A stretch of 64,000 bases of DNA from the NCBI GenBank assembly GCA_025558095.1, contig JAIVFI010000007.1:826791-890790 (forward strand), in the 5' to 3' direction. A program made the translations under genes and the position numbers. The notes under the pieces are model-generated. The model saw only the letters and a list, made by a program, of their open reading frames with translations. It had not been told where the DNA came from and made no database searches. Shown here piece after piece: positions 1-12,176 of this stretch. This DNA comes from Hyaloraphidium curvatum SAG 235-1 (taxonomy: Eukaryota > Fungi > Monoblepharomycota). How positions within the stretch are numbered: position 1 is the first letter of the stretch; each line of letters begins with the position of its first letter.

Positions 1-1231
1 GCTCCCCACGGCGGGCGCGTCCAAGAAGCGCGAGGGCGCCTTCTGCGTCTGGACCGAGAAGGAGATCCGCGACGCGCTGGTCAAAGGCGCCGGCATGGGC
101 CTCAAGGAGGTCGAGGTTTTTGAGCACTACTACGATGTCAAGAGCGGGGGCAACGTGCGGCCGGGGCCAACGGATCCGCACGGCGAGCTGCGCGGGCAGA
201 ACGTGCTGCGGGTGCTCAGGCCCGTGGCCGAGGTCGCGGCCAAGTTCGGCATCCCCGAGGAGGAGGTCCGCGCGATCGTGGCCAAGGGCACCGCGCAGCT
301 GGCCGAGGAGCGCAAGGCCCGGCCGCCGCCGCACCTGGACGACAAGATCCTCGTGGCGTGGAACGGGCTCGCCATCTCGGGGCTGGCAAAGTGCCATGTG
401 CACCTGGTCCCCGACCTGGCCAGCTCCGAGTACCTCGAGCGCGCCCTGGCGGCCGCCGACTTTCTCCGCTCCGAGATGTACGACCCCGCGACGCACCAGC
501 TCACCCGCGTGTACCGCGAGGGCCCCGGCATCTCCCGTGGCGTCGCGGAGGACTACGCCTTCCTGATCCAGGGCCTGCTCGACCTGTACGAGGCCCTCGT
601 GCTGTCCGGCGGCGACCCCGCCCGCGCGGACGGGTACCTCCTCTGGGCCGCGGACCTGCAGGACCACCTGGACGCCAACTTCTGGGACGGCGCCGGGTGC
701 GGGTACTTCACCGGCGCGCGGAACCCGCGGCCGGAGGAGCAGCCGGGGGAGGCGGCGGACTACGTGCTCGTGCGGACCAAGGAGGACCACGACGGCGCGG
801 AGCCGAGCCCGAGCTCGGTGGGGATGGCGAATCTGGTGCGCCTGGAGGGGATGGTGCCGCTGCGGGCCAAGGAGGCGGGGGGGATGGGGTACGGCGAGCG
901 CGCGGGCAAGGTGGCGGCGGGGTTCGCGGAGCAGCTGGGCAAGTTCCCGCAGACGATGCCGCAGATGGTGGCCGCGGTCGAGGACTGGCGTTGGGGGCTC
1001 GAGAACGTGGGTGTGCTGAGGCGGTCGTGGGCCGGAAGTCTGACCGCGCCTCGCCCGCAGGTGGTGATCAAGGATGCCTCCAAGGAGGCCCTCGCCGACC
1101 TCCGCAGGTCCAAGGTCCTCGCGCGGACCTTCGTGCTTGCCACCGAGGTCACCAAGAAGTACAACGAGCGGGTGGCCGAGGCCCTGGCGGCCGATCGGAG
1201 CGGCGTGTTCGGCGTCGCCGGCAAGCTCTGA
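1..1231 (+). CDS. SPATA20/YyaL-like six-hairpin glycosidase-fold protein, 5' partial
   Basis: Motifs EGAFCVWT, RPPPHLDDKILVAWNGLAIS, EDYAFLIQGLLDLYEA, KEDHDGAEPS; probable intron ~1007-1060 with CTGAC branch site. Confidence 0.9.
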   Translation, partial: LPTAGASKKREGAFCVWTEKEIRDALVKGAGMGLKEVEVFEHYYDVKSGGNVRPGPTDPHGELRGQNVLRVLRPVAEVAAKFGIPEEEVRAIVAKGTAQLAEERKARPPPHLDDKILVAWNGLAISGLAKCHVHLVPDLASSEYLERALAAADFLRSEMYDPATHQLTRVYREGPGISRGVAEDYAFLIQGLLDLYEALVLSGGDPARADGYLLWAADLQDHLDANFWDGAGCGYFTGARNPRPEEQPGEAADYVLVRTKEDHDGAEPSPSSVGMANLVRLEGMVPLRAKEAGGMGYGERAGKVAAGFAEQLGKFPQTMPQMVAAVEDWRWGLENVGVLRRSWAGSLTAPRPQVVIKDASKEALADLRRSKVLARTFVLATEVTKKYNERVAEALAADRSGVFGVAGKL

Positions 1232-1302
1232 AGATTTGACCCAGCGGAAGTCTTGATACGACATCTCTGTCTTGATCTTGAATCGAACGACATCACAGCA
1301 TA

Positions 1303-2453
1303 TCACATCCGCGCCTCCAACGAGTCCAATCCCGCCGTTTTGAGCGCCATCCTCGCCTCGACCCCGTCCTCCTCGCCGCAACCCTCCTTCGCCCACCCCA
1401 CGCCGCCGAGCCGCTCCATCACCTCCCCCGCGGGCCAATCCCTCCCGTCTTCCGTCCTCCCGCCGGTCCACGGCGTCAGCGTGACCTTGGCCAGGTCCAC
1501 GGGGTCGTCCTTGTACGGGGAATCGGGGGGGAAGGCGTCGATGACGTGCGGGCGGTGGCCGGTGGTGATCCGCCGCGCGTAGCAGCGCTGTTTGAGGGCG
1601 AGCTGGGTGGGGGAAATCGTGCCGATGGGGAGCATGCAGACGTAGAGCGTCATGCGGGGGAACGGGTCGGGGAGCGAGCGAGTGGGAAAGGGGGGTTGGT
1701 TGCAGTGAACCGTCGTCGATTTCCAGCTGTTCGAGGGACGGAGGTCAATCACGCCGACAGCCTGAGAAGCTGGACGACAACCCACAGGAAGAAGGTGCCC
1801 GGCGGTCCGCACAGCTTGAGCCGTTCCACGCCCGGAGGCAGCGGCCGTCCGTCGCGGAAGCTCTCCGAGAACTCCTTCACGCGGCGTCCCTCCCACGCCG
1901 GATCGAAGAGCCTGTGCGATCCCGCGTACACCACGAGCCCGCCGTCGTCGACTCCCGAAGGATACAGGGCGAGATTGCCCTGAACGACGTCGTGCCGCTC
2001 GCGCGAGAAGCCCTTTTGACGAGGCATGTAGTCGACGTGCGGCCACGACGACGTCTCCTCCTGAGGCTCGCCGAGGGCCCTCAGGAGCTCCGGCGGCCGC
2101 ATGAAGCCGAGCCCGTCGAAACCAGTGATCAGCCGCGAGGGGTCGCAACGATTCACGAGCGCGAACAGGGCGCGGACGTCCGGGTGGCACCGAGCGGCCC
2201 ACGAGCACGCCGCGTGGCCGCAGCCGTACGAGTGGAAGATTCCCTTGCCTGCCTGTGGGAACCGGTCGGCGGTCCACGTCGCGGGGTCGTGCGTGACGCC
2301 GGTGCCTAAATCTGCGAGCCAGCAGAAGAACAGTCCGCGCAGGACGGTGACGTCGCCCGCGGGGAGCAGCGAGACGCCCGAGTAGCCATTTTGCTCGAGG
2401 TCCGCGAGGATCGCGGCGGGCTCCGCGAGCGTGCGGAGCGGAGTTTGGGGCAT
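1303..2453 (-). CDS. Phytanoyl-CoA dioxygenase (PhyH)-like Fe(II)/2OG dioxygenase
   Basis: WPHVD (HxD), VQGNLAL..DGGLVVYAGSH, distal His in TVHCN after an intron at ~1785-1730; ends in ARM (PTS1-like). Confidence 0.8.
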
Positions 2454-2872
2454 CTTCGGTGGGAGACAAGCGTCGCGATCGTAGATGGCGCCGTTGCGTC
2501 CGTTTCTCCCTCGATCACGGGGCCGTCCATCGTGGAATCGCTCCCTCCCGCGCCGACGAACGGATTTGCCTGTCAGTTCGAGCGGGCTTCAATCTGGAAC
2601 CATGGCCGCGCCGCCGGCGGACACGGGACATGGAACGGGACATGGAACGGCATGAACCGAACGAATGGCAACCGACGACACGTCGTGCCCCATCTGAAGC
2701 TCTCTACTGCTTGCTCATGCCGCCCCACACTTGCGGCCGCCGTCCGCGGACACCGATGCCGAAGCGACATGCCGTCTCCTCCGGTGGACGCTGCCTGGCA
2801 CGTGGACGCAACAACGACGGTCCATCGACATGTTTGGCCCGGAGCTCCTACGCGTGGCAATGCGACTACGGC

Positions 2873-3611
2873 TCAGTTTGCGGCCTTCTTGGCCCTCTTG
2901 CGGGGCTGGTCCCCGGCGGCTCCCCCGCCCGCCGCGCCGTCGGGCACCCCCTCCTCCCCGTCCGCCGTGCCCGCGGCGGACCCGCCCCCGTCGCCGCCGG
3001 CCCTCTTGCCGGCGCGCTCCCCGGGCGTTGCGCCGGCGCCGCCCTGCGTGCGCAGCCGCTGGAGGTGCAGCAGGAGGGTCCTGGGGTCGTCGCCGTGGGC
3101 TTCGACGAGCCCGACGATCCGCCCCGGATCGGGCCGGACGGCGGGCTCGGGCACCGCGGGCTTCCCGGGGCCTCGGATCGGGGGCGGGACCGCGGGCTTC
3201 GGGGGGTCGTTGCCGCGCGCGGCGGCCCGGGCCCGCTTCGCGCCGGCGTCGATGGCGTCGTTGAGCTCGACCCATGCGGTGCGGTGGTTCTCGAGGTTGG
3301 ACCGCAGGCGGGCGTTTTCGGCCTGCAGGGCTTGGATCTCGGCCTCCCTGGCTTGGGCGTGTTCCCTGGCGTCCGCGAGGTCGTCCAGGGCGTGCTGCAA
3401 CGCGGTGCAGAGGACGGCCTGGCTACTGTGGGCCACTTCCAGCAGTCCCTCGAGCTCCTCGGCCCAGGCCGCCTCGTCGGCGGCCTGCTCAGCGAGCCCC
3501 CCGGCCTGCACGGCGTTCATCGTGGCGGGGGTGCTGCGGGCCAGGTCGGGTTGAGAGGCGGACGGCGGGCGGGCGCGGGCCGGCACGGGCTCACCTCGGC
3601 GCGGCGTCCAT
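2873..3611 (-). CDS. Coiled-coil/NLS family paralogue 1 (short form)
   Basis: 17-nt exon ATGGACGCCGCGCCGAG (3611-3595), intron 3594-3534, then STPATMNAVQ, coiled coil EAEIQALQAENARLR, EAHGDDPRTL motif, C-terminal PRKRAKK. Confidence 0.75.
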
Positions 3612-3730
3612 CCCGGGAGCTGATCTGGCGGGGTCGATGCGCTGCGTGCCGGGGTTGGTTCGTGGCGCTCGATGCCGGCTTCTGCTCGGTGGCCTCGTGA
3701 CGGTCCGGTCCCAGCACAAGCGTCCAATCC

Positions 3731-3744
3731 CTGGGAGCTCCCAG
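3731..3744. promoter_or_regulatory. Palindrome CTGGGAGCTCCCAG containing the family upstream motif GAGCTCCCAG
   Basis: Same 10-mer at 7314, 13364 and 15568, each 109-129 nt upstream of a family ATG. Confidence 0.45.
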
Positions 3745-3914
3745 AAACAATCTCGCCGATTATCCGATCGAAACCCATAGCCAGACCACGCGCGCCGGAA
3801 CGCGGCCGGACGGATCCGGGATCCGCTGACAGCATCACACGGACCACCGTGTGTGTCGCGCGGACCGCCGCGCCCGCCCCGCCGGACGCGTCCCTCCGCC
3901 CTCCCCCGCGCGCG

Positions 3915-4608
3915 ATGCGCATCCCCGCTCCCGCCGCCCTCGCCTCCCGGCCCGCCCGCACATCCCCGCGCGCGGGCTACCGCCCCGTCTGCCCGCTCGC
4001 CGAGCTGCTCCCCGGCGGCGCGCGGTGGCGCCCCGAAAGGGGCCTGGGCACGGCGCGGGTGCTGTTCGCGGGGGACGCGTTCTGCGTCGCAGATGAAGAG
4101 GGGAAATTTGCGAGCGAGGCGGAGGGCGAGGGGAGGGCCGAGGTGCTTGTTCTCTCGACGCCGGACGGGCAGCTCTTCGCGCTCTCAAACGTGACCTTCC
4201 CTCCCCCGCGCTCCCCGCTTCCGCTGACCTTTTCCCCCGCCGCAGATATGCCCGCACGCGGGCTACCCCCTCCACGCCTCCTGCTCGCTGACGGACATCG
4301 AGGACGGGCTGTGGGGCAGGGTGCCCGCGGTAAGGTGCGAGCGGCACGGCTGGGCGTTCGACGCGCTGTCCGGGGGGTGCGCGGGCAACCGCAGCGTGAT
4401 CGATCTTTATGGGGTGGAGGTGGACGTGTATTTGCCGGATGGTGGGGCAGGCGGCACCGAGGAGGATGGCGGCGCTGCGGAGGGGGAAGGAGCAGGGGAC
4501 GGGGCGAAAGGGGAGGCCTGGGTTTTCGTGGGCCGGGAACCGGTCAACGCCGACGTGCCCGGACGGCGGTCGCGGTTCGGCGGGAGACCGGTGTGGGACG
4601 CCGCGTGA
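3915..4608 (+). CDS. Rieske [2Fe-2S] domain protein
   Basis: Splicing intron 4191-4245 gives LFALSN-ICPHAGYPL...VRCERHGWAFD, the CxH and CxxH Rieske ligands. Confidence 0.85.
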
Positions 4609-5108
4609 TCTTCCGCCCGTGGGGGCAGAAGCGCATCGATACCCGAGAAACCGCCCGGTTCCCTCCCCCGCCAGCCGCGTCCTTCCGATACAGGCCGCCC
4701 ACCCATCGTCCTTGCCCACGGCTCCGCACCTTCTTCCCCCGCCCGGGTTTCTCGTCCGCAACCGCCGCCCGCCAGGTGGGGTGACTCGGTGCGCGAGAAT
4801 CCTGCTCCGCCACACGGGGTTCTCGCGCGCCGACTCATTTCCGCGCCCCGATTCCGCGCCCCGCTAACTGCGCCGCGCGGATCAGCAGGGGCGCCGGCGA
4901 TGCCGGCGCTCCCCATCGGACAGACAGGCAGACAGACGGACAGACACAATTAGGCATGGGCACACTGCTCGCGCACTCGCCTTCCCCCGCTTCGCTCCCC
5001 CCACCCAACCGGGCATGCGAACACTACGCCGGCGGCGACCCGCTCGCGTTCTGCTGGGCGTGCGCGTTTCCCTCGCCCCCCCTCCCCTCCCTCCCCTCCC
5101 CCGCCCGG

Positions 5109-5426
5109 ATGGAACGGAGGGTGCGCTTCCACCCCCGCGTCGAAGTGCGCTGGACGTTCGCACCCGGGGACTACGCGCGGTCGATGTACGCGCCCGACGC
5201 CGCCCTCGAGCATGACGGCGGGGAGGGAGGAGACGGGGACGACGAGGAGGCGACGGTGGTGTCCCCCGCGGAACCGGAGGCCGCGCCAAGGGGTTCGCTG
5301 GACAGGGGGTCGGAGGGGTCGGGGACGCTGCTGGGCACGGACTGCCGCCCCGAAACGGGATTGGAAGATGGTGGGCGTGGGCGATGGGCCCGGGAGTGGC
5401 ATGCGGGGACTGCGGCGACGAAATGA
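5109..5426 (+). CDS. Small protein with PP1-docking RVxF-type motif
   Basis: MERRVRFHPRVEVRWTFAPGDYAR followed by an acidic tail. Confidence 0.5.
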   Translation: MERRVRFHPRVEVRWTFAPGDYARSMYAPDAALEHDGGEGGDGDDEEATVVSPAEPEAAPRGSLDRGSEGSGTLLGTDCRPETGLEDGGRGRWAREWHAGTAATK

Positions 5427-5981
5427 CGACAAGGGAGAGCGGCGGCTGGCACATGGGACTTGAGGGGGGAGGAAAGGTCTGTATTGAATGGCAGATTGCA
5501 TTCTTTCGACGGCATGCCATTCACGGATCCTTCCGCGGGGCGCCCGGGTCCCCGGTCTCGCGCCGGTGGTGGAAAGTCAGTCATGAGAAATCGATCCGAA
5601 ATCAGTCAGTCAGTCGACCGCAGGCCACCGCGTCACGTCCCCGCACAGGCCGTCCGTCCGTCCGTCCCTGCGCGGAGCTTGCGCCGAGCTCGCTATCATT
5701 CCGTGGTGGGGCGCAGCGGGAGAGCGCTCCCCCGTTTGCCAGCCGTCGGCCCGCCGTTGCTGAACAATCCGTGCAGCATTGTCCGACCGTCCGCCACCCG
5801 CGGCCGCAGTCAAAGCTTCCGGATTCACCCCGCTGGTGCACGAAAAGGAGTCGGAGAATCGGTTCTTGCAATAGGAGAGGAGGTTCGGCCCCTTCCCGCA
5901 CTTGTGCCGGGGCCGGCCGGCTGATGTTCCTTGGCCGTTCCTCACCCAGCGTTTTCTTCACCCACACCGGGCCCCACGGCC

Positions 5982-6356
5982 ATGGCCAAGCTCACGAGAA
6001 CCTGCCACATCATCATCTTCCTCCTCGCAATCGTAGCCACGGTCGGCGGGTCCGTGTGCTACGCCCTCGCATCCACCCGCAGCATCCAGACCGTCGGCAC
6101 CTTCTTCCTCTCCGCCGGCGCCACGGTGGCGGGGCTGTACGTCATCGGTTTCATCATCTGGAACTGCGCCGCCAAGGAGGAGGACGAGGGGGAGGATCGG
6201 GCTGCGCGGGACGCGGAAGAGGCCCGCGCCAGGGACGGGGAGGCGGCGGGCGCTGCGGGGAAGGATGGCAAAGGCGGGGCGATCGGGAAGAACCAGGTGG
6301 TCGGGGCCGCGCAGGTGGCGCTGAACATCGGGCAGCTGGTCACGGGGCTGAGCTGA
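5982..6356 (+). CDS. Small membrane protein with two TM helices
   Basis: Two hydrophobic segments (IIIFLLAIVATVGGSVCYAL; FFLSAGATVAGLYVIGFIIW), coding-like codon usage, GCCATGG start context. Confidence 0.65.
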   Translation: MAKLTRTCHIIIFLLAIVATVGGSVCYALASTRSIQTVGTFFLSAGATVAGLYVIGFIIWNCAAKEEDEGEDRAARDAEEARARDGEAAGAAGKDGKGGAIGKNQVVGAAQVALNIGQLVTGLS

Positions 6357-7194
6357 TGGCGATCCAATTGCACCGAGCCGTCCTCTTGCCGCTCCGATAA
6401 CAAGCCGGTCCACGGCGTGCGGTCGATCGCCTGGCAGGATTGCTTGTGCTCCTTCCAATCCTTCCGCTGACATCCGTCCGAGCAGTACCGCACGATCTTA
6501 CACTTCGAGCACGCCATGGCGGGTCCTTTGGCGAGGCACGCGTCGCACCGATCGGGGTTCTCGTTGAGCCCGCGCAGCTCCTCGATCCTCTCGTCGATGC
6601 TCCAGTGGCTCGGCTCTCCCGGCGGCCCGGCGAGCTTCCAGTATGCCGCAACATCCGCCAGCCCATCGCGCCCCGCGAGGAACAGCTCCTTGTCGACCTC
6701 GTCCTCCGAGAGCTTGACCGGGCGTTTCTCCTCCGTAATGCCTTCCAGGCCCGAGACGTGGGCCGCCTCGCCGTAGGCCTCCTCCGGGATCGTGATGCGG
6801 TGACGGTGTTGAAGAGCACCAGCGAGGTGTCGAGCAGCTTGATCGCGCGCGCCTTGTAGGGCAGATGGTCGGCGACGAGCTTCGCGTAGGGCACGCGATC
6901 GGCGGCTAGGACCTTGGCGAGGAACCGGACGGTGCGGGAGAGCTCCGACACGGCATTCAGCATCTCGTCCCTGCCCCATTCCGACACGGGCTTGCGCAGG
7001 ACCCGCTGCACGCGCGGGCCGAAGGTAGCAGCGCTCGCGATCAGGTCCAGCAGGTCGGGCCGGTTCGCGAGCCGCGAACTCGCGGGCGGGTGATCGGCGC
7101 AGCGGTCGAGGAGATCGACCAGCGCCATGGCGGGCTCCCGCACACGGAGGTAGAACTCCCACGCTCCCGGGTTCTCCGCGGGTACGACGACCAC
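6340..7194 (-). pseudogene. MYND zinc-finger protein with apparent 1-nt frameshift near 6800; ends uncertain
   Basis: CDAC...CSKCKIVRYCSDGCQRKDWKEHKQSC; the N-terminal half is in another frame with no intron at the switch. Confidence 0.6.
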
Positions 7195-7313
7195 GGGCAG
7201 TGGTGAGTCACCCTTGGCGTCTGTACCATTTTCGGGGACCGCGGCCGGTTGACCTGTGCTAGCAACTGCGTTATCGATTCTTCACTCCGGGCTGGCAGAG
7301 TGATCGGTCCTTC

Positions 7314-8200
7314 GAGCTCCCAGAACCGTGATCCTGGTCCCGACGACGACGACGAGTCGTCACGGCGATCCTCCATCACGAGGCACGAACCAACCCCGAC
7401 ACGCAGCGCATCGGCCCCGCCCGGATCACCTCCCGACATGGACGGCACGCCTAGGTGAGCCCGCGCCGGCCGGAGCGCCGTGCCGCCGACGGCCTCTCAA
7501 CCAGTCCCGGGCAGCATCCCCGCGAACATGAACGCCATGCAGGCCCCGCAAGCCGGCCACAACGGTACCATGGCGCCCGCCGGTTCCCCACCGGAGCCCG
7601 CCGCCGTCATCGAGCAGTTTGGAGGGGACCAGCGCCGCTCGGTCGACCGCCTCGTCGCCGGCCTAAAGGCGTACTACGAGCCGCAGCTCCGGCAGGCGCG
7701 GCAAGCCGAGACCGAGGTGGGCGTGCCCGGTTGCGTGTCGGGGAGGGCAAAGAGCTGACCGGGAGCGCGCAGGCACGCCGCAAGCTCGGCGAGGAGGAGT
7801 GCCGGTCGAAGGAGCTCGCCGAGCAGCTGGGCGAGACCCAGCAGATCGCCGCCAACCTCCACATCCAGAACGGGGATCTCAAGAGGGAGAACGACGGGCT
7901 CAAGGCCAAGGTCCGCGACGGCGAGGCCGCTGTCCTCGAGAAAGACGCCAAGATCGAGCGCCTGCTCGCCGAGAACATAAGCCTCCAGACCAAGTACGAG
8001 AGCCTCGAGAACAGCATCAAAGGCACCTTCGGCCACATGTTCCAAGGCAATCAGGGTGGCAGCGCGGGGTCCGCCGCCGAGCCGGTCACGCCGCGCTCGG
8101 AGCCCGCCGCCGCCGAGGAACGGCGCGCTTCCCCGGCCGCTTCCGAGCCCGGCCCCCCGGAGCAGCGCGCCTCTCCCTCTCTCTCGCCGCCGCCCCCGGC
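7314..8200 (+). repeat. Segmental duplication copy A (partner 15568-16470)
   Basis: Upstream region, exons 1-3 and introns align closely with 15568-16470. Confidence 0.9.
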
Positions 8201-8984
8201 CAGGCCCGTCGAGCCGGTGCCCAAGCCCGAGGAGGAGCACGGACCGCCGCCGGAGCCCGCCGGCAAGGCCGCGGCCGAGGTCTTTGAGATCCCCGACAGT
8301 GACGACGAGGAACCGCCCTCCAGGTGTGTCCTCCGCCCGCGAACCGCACCCGCACCTGCTGACGGATCCCACAGCGCCGTCAAATCGCCCACGTCGGCCA
8401 CCCAGGGCGCCTCCGGCCCCGCCAAGGGCGGCCGCAACAAGGACGGGCCCGTGCGCACCCTGCAGCGCGCCCTCCGCCAACACCACAGGGCCAACGGCGA
8501 CCCGGCCTCCGGCTCCCGCTGGGCCGCCGAGGTGAATGGCAACAGCGAGCTGCGCGAGGCCGTGCTGGCGGCGTGGGCGGCGTGCCCGGCGGACACGGAG
8601 CTCGGGCGCGTGGAAAGGGAGGCCAGGTTCCTCGAGGCCGTCAGGGGGGGGCGCGGGTACCTCTGGGAAAGGTACGAGCCCGGGCAGCCGGCGCCGGGCG
8701 GACCGGCCGGCCGCTCCCGGAGGGGTTCGGGCGCGTCGCGGGGCTCGGCCGGCGGGGGACCGGCCAGGAGGCGCAGGTCGGCCGCCGGCACGCGCGACGA
8801 AGTCCCCTACTGGAGCGACGGGGACGAGCCCGAGGCGGAGGAATCGGGCGAGGAGGAAGCAATGGGGTCGGAGGAGGAGGAGACCGACGACGGCGGCGAG
8901 TTTGACCCCGGCGCCGACTTTGACCCCGAGGAGGTCTGGGCGAGGCCGCGCAAGCGGAAGAGGGAAACGAGCCAGGAGGACTGA
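7438..8984 (+). CDS. Coiled-coil/SIM/NLS family paralogue 2
   Basis: Exon 7438-7454; introns 7455-7514, 7717-7772, 8324-8374; coiled coil, VFEIPDSDDEE, YLWERYEP, C-terminal RPRKRKR. Confidence 0.8.
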
Positions 8985-9517
8985 TCCGGCGGTGGGGCAA
9001 AAGCAGTGTACCCTTTCCCGTGTTTGTCGTGTCAATGTCAAGTGTCGTCGGCGTCGTCGCACGGGGTCCATGTTCGACCTTTCGTTCCGTTTCCATTTTC
9101 GTCCCTGCGACGAAGGGGCACGCGGCCCAATCCACGTATCTGAAGGAGCTGAGCGCGACGTCGCGCCGAGCTGCGGTTCACGAGCGCGAACGCGCGTGGC
9201 GTCTCGGGTGGCGTGGCAGTCAGAGGTCCGACCGTCTAGTCGGCGCCGCGCGGAATCCTGAGCGAGCTCATCCGAGATCCACATCGCGCCTCTTCCTTTT
9301 CAATCTTTTCCCCGCGCGGTCGCCGCTGCTGCAGCTCCATCTCTGTCGACGACGTCTGGTTTGGCCTCCCGCCCAGCCATGCCAAGGGGTTGTGTGCACT
9401 CACCTCCGCCCGGCTGCTCGCTCCCATCTGAGAACACCCTCTTCCACATCTCCCACCGCGCGACGCAAACGACCCCCGGCACGCCGCACCGCACACACTT
9501 GCGCCCCCGCCCCCACC

Positions 9518-11513
9518 ATGCCCGCCGCCCCCAGGTACGCCGGGAAGCGCCCCGACGCCGCGCCGCGCTGCGAATCTCAGACGGGCCGCCGCCAGCATTC
9601 CCGCCGAAACGAACGCCGCACAGGGGCCTGAGCCTGCTCCGCAGGTGCCCAGTGGAAACCGCAGCGAGCTCGGCGAGCCCGCCGGGGCGCAGGCGCCCGC
9701 AACCGTCCCGGAACCCCTCGTCCAGATGTACCAGGCCATGAAGCAGGCCGCGGAAGTCGAGGCCAAAGCAGAGGTGCGTTCCCCCGCCTAGTTCCCGGGA
9801 GACCGCGCCAACCGCGGTGCGCACGCAGGTCGCAGGGGTGCTGGCCGCCAAGGATGCCGAGATCCGGGCCAAGGAACGGGCCGTCGCCGAGAGGGATGCT
9901 GCGATGGCCAGGCTCAAGGAGGAGTCTGACGCCAGGGTCCGCGAAGCGGAGAAGGCCGAAGCCGAGGCCAAGAAGGAGGCCGAGCGCGCCGTCGCAGACA
10001 ACAAGAGGCTCGCCGACGAAAAGGCCGAGGTCGAGAGCGCCAAGTCCGCACTCGAGGCCGAGAACTCCAGCCTCAAGGACACCGCCACCGTCATGGTGGG
10101 GATCTTCAACAGGGCCGCCGAAGATCGCGACGCCGCCAAGGCAAAGACGGAGCGCCTGGAGGCCAGGCTCAGGGCCGAAGCGGCCCGCAGGACCAGGGCG
10201 GCGATCAGGGTCGCACGGGCCGAGGGCGAGCTACTGGCGGCCAAGCAGGAGCTCGCAGGCGGCCCGCCCACGATTTTCAGCGCCAAGGCCCTCGCCACGC
10301 CGCCGAACGAGGCGGCCACCGGCGGGGCGGCGCGGGATGGCGACCGGCCGTCGACGACGCCGCTGGCCTCGACCGCGGCCAAGGGCAAGGGACCCGCCGC
10401 GCCGCTCATGTTGGCGGGTCCGCAGCAGGGCAAGCAGCAGGACGCCACGCCCGCCGGCGCCCCGCCTGCTGGTGCCGGCGCACCACTCCGGCGGGGCCGG
10501 GGAGGTGCAGCGCGACGCCTCCCGCTCGCCCTCGCTGCCGCCGCCGTCCAGCCTCGCGGAATACCGGCCCAAGCCCGCCCAGCCGGCGTCCAGCAAGACA
10601 ACGGGCACCGGCAGTGTGAACTTGATCAGCAGCGACGAAGACGAGCCGCGGAACAGGTGAGGTTCCCGCACGCGCACCGACCCACGCCCGCTGACCGACC
10701 TCCACTTCGCGCAGCGTCCGCGGCAGCCTCCCGCCGGCGATCCTGAGCACGCTCGGCATCGCCGGCACCCCGGCGACCGAGACCAACGCCGGCGCCGACG
10801 ATGCCGCGGCCCACCCGTCCCAGTCGCACGGCGCCCCGCGGCCCCGCACCACTCTCAAGCTCCCGGCGCGCCTCCAGGGCGGGCCGCCGCAGGCCCAGAG
10901 CGCTCCGTGGCAGCCGCCGCTCTCGAGCAGGGCGCCCGCGTCCATGAACGGCATCGCCCGCCGCATCAAGTGAGTCTGCTGCCAAAACAGATCCACCGGG
11001 GCTGACCACCATCGCGGCAACAGCCACGGCACGCCGACGGCGCCCAGGCGGTCCTCCTCGGCCGGATCCACGAAGCTCGTCCGGGCCGAGCTGGAGCGGC
11101 GATTCCCCGGCAGCAACATCAGCCTCAGCAGCACCGAGATCAAGAACGCGTGGAACTGGAAGGAGGTCGAGGCGGTGCCGCACGCCGACAAGCCGGCCAA
11201 GGTCGTCGAGCAGCTGCAGAAGCGGCGCCCCGAGATGTTCCCCGCGGCGGCCGCCGACACGGCCGAAGAGGCCGCCGCCGCGCTCGCCGCACTGAGCGCC
11301 CCGCCGACCGCCGCGCGCACGCCGAGCCCGCCGGGCGCCGCCGGCCCGGCCGAACGCGCGTCCGCTAAGAGGATGCGGGAGGAGGCCGCCGGCACCGGCC
11401 ACCACGTCGACTGGAGCGACGAGTCGGGGGACGAGGCCGGGGGAGACGCGCCTACGGGCGGCGACGGAGACGAGGGGGCGCCCCGCAAGAAGACGAAAAA
11501 TGGCGAAAACTGA
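9518..11513 (+). CDS. Coiled-coil/SIM/NLS family paralogue 3 (apparent frameshift ~10450-10500)
   Basis: Exon 9518-9534; introns 9535-9595, ~9774-9828, 10657-10714, ~10970-11023; long coiled coil, VNLISSDEDE, C-terminal PRKKTK. Confidence 0.7.
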
Positions 11514-12176
11514 TTTCCGGTAGCGGTTCCATTTGTTTGCTGGGGTTTCGGGTCTGTTGTAGTCTGTGAAGTGGCAAGAGACGCCGTTCGTTGCGATTCG
11601 TGATGCCAGGCGGGCAGCATGGCATGGTGCCCGGTCCGGCCATTGATGGCACGCTCGAAACGTTAGGATACCGGAGATGGAGCAATGCCTGTGGAGCAGG
11701 TCTCTGGCGAGGCGGACTGGGGACGCGCGGGACCGGGTCGCCGTTGCGTTAAGGTGCCTCGGGGCCCCGGCCATCTTGGCAAGAGTGGATCCGTGGTGGC
11801 GGTTGCCTTTGCTCTTTGCAATGATGATATCGGCGCTAGAAGATGATGGTATCTTCCCTCCGCATTGCTCCATTGCCGTTCTACAGTTCGGACTCCACCT
11901 GGAACGTCTTTGATGCGGCCAGCTTCTTTGACCATGTTACGAAGTTCAGCACATGACGATGGATACTCGAAGATCAGCATGCGGCAAACACCATGTCGAT
12001 TGGCATGTCCTTCCCTGTCCTTCCCACTTCTACATCCGCGTTCTCGTACGTGATGCGCACTTCAACTCGACAGTGAGCTCTTCGCTATAGACGATCGGAG
12101 TCCAGCTCGAAAGATCACCCTGATGCAGCAGCAACATCATGATGCGTCATCAACACGCCCGCGCATCCGAAGCCGC

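Noticed and set aside
2621-2657. Short ACGGGACATGGA tandem repeat; also GGGAGGCAGCCGAAG repeats near 43280-43330
   Set aside because: Two to three copies, consistent with ordinary slippage
11600-12120. Lower-GC stretch with short ORFs, possible relic
   Set aside because: No recognisable motif or terminal repeats
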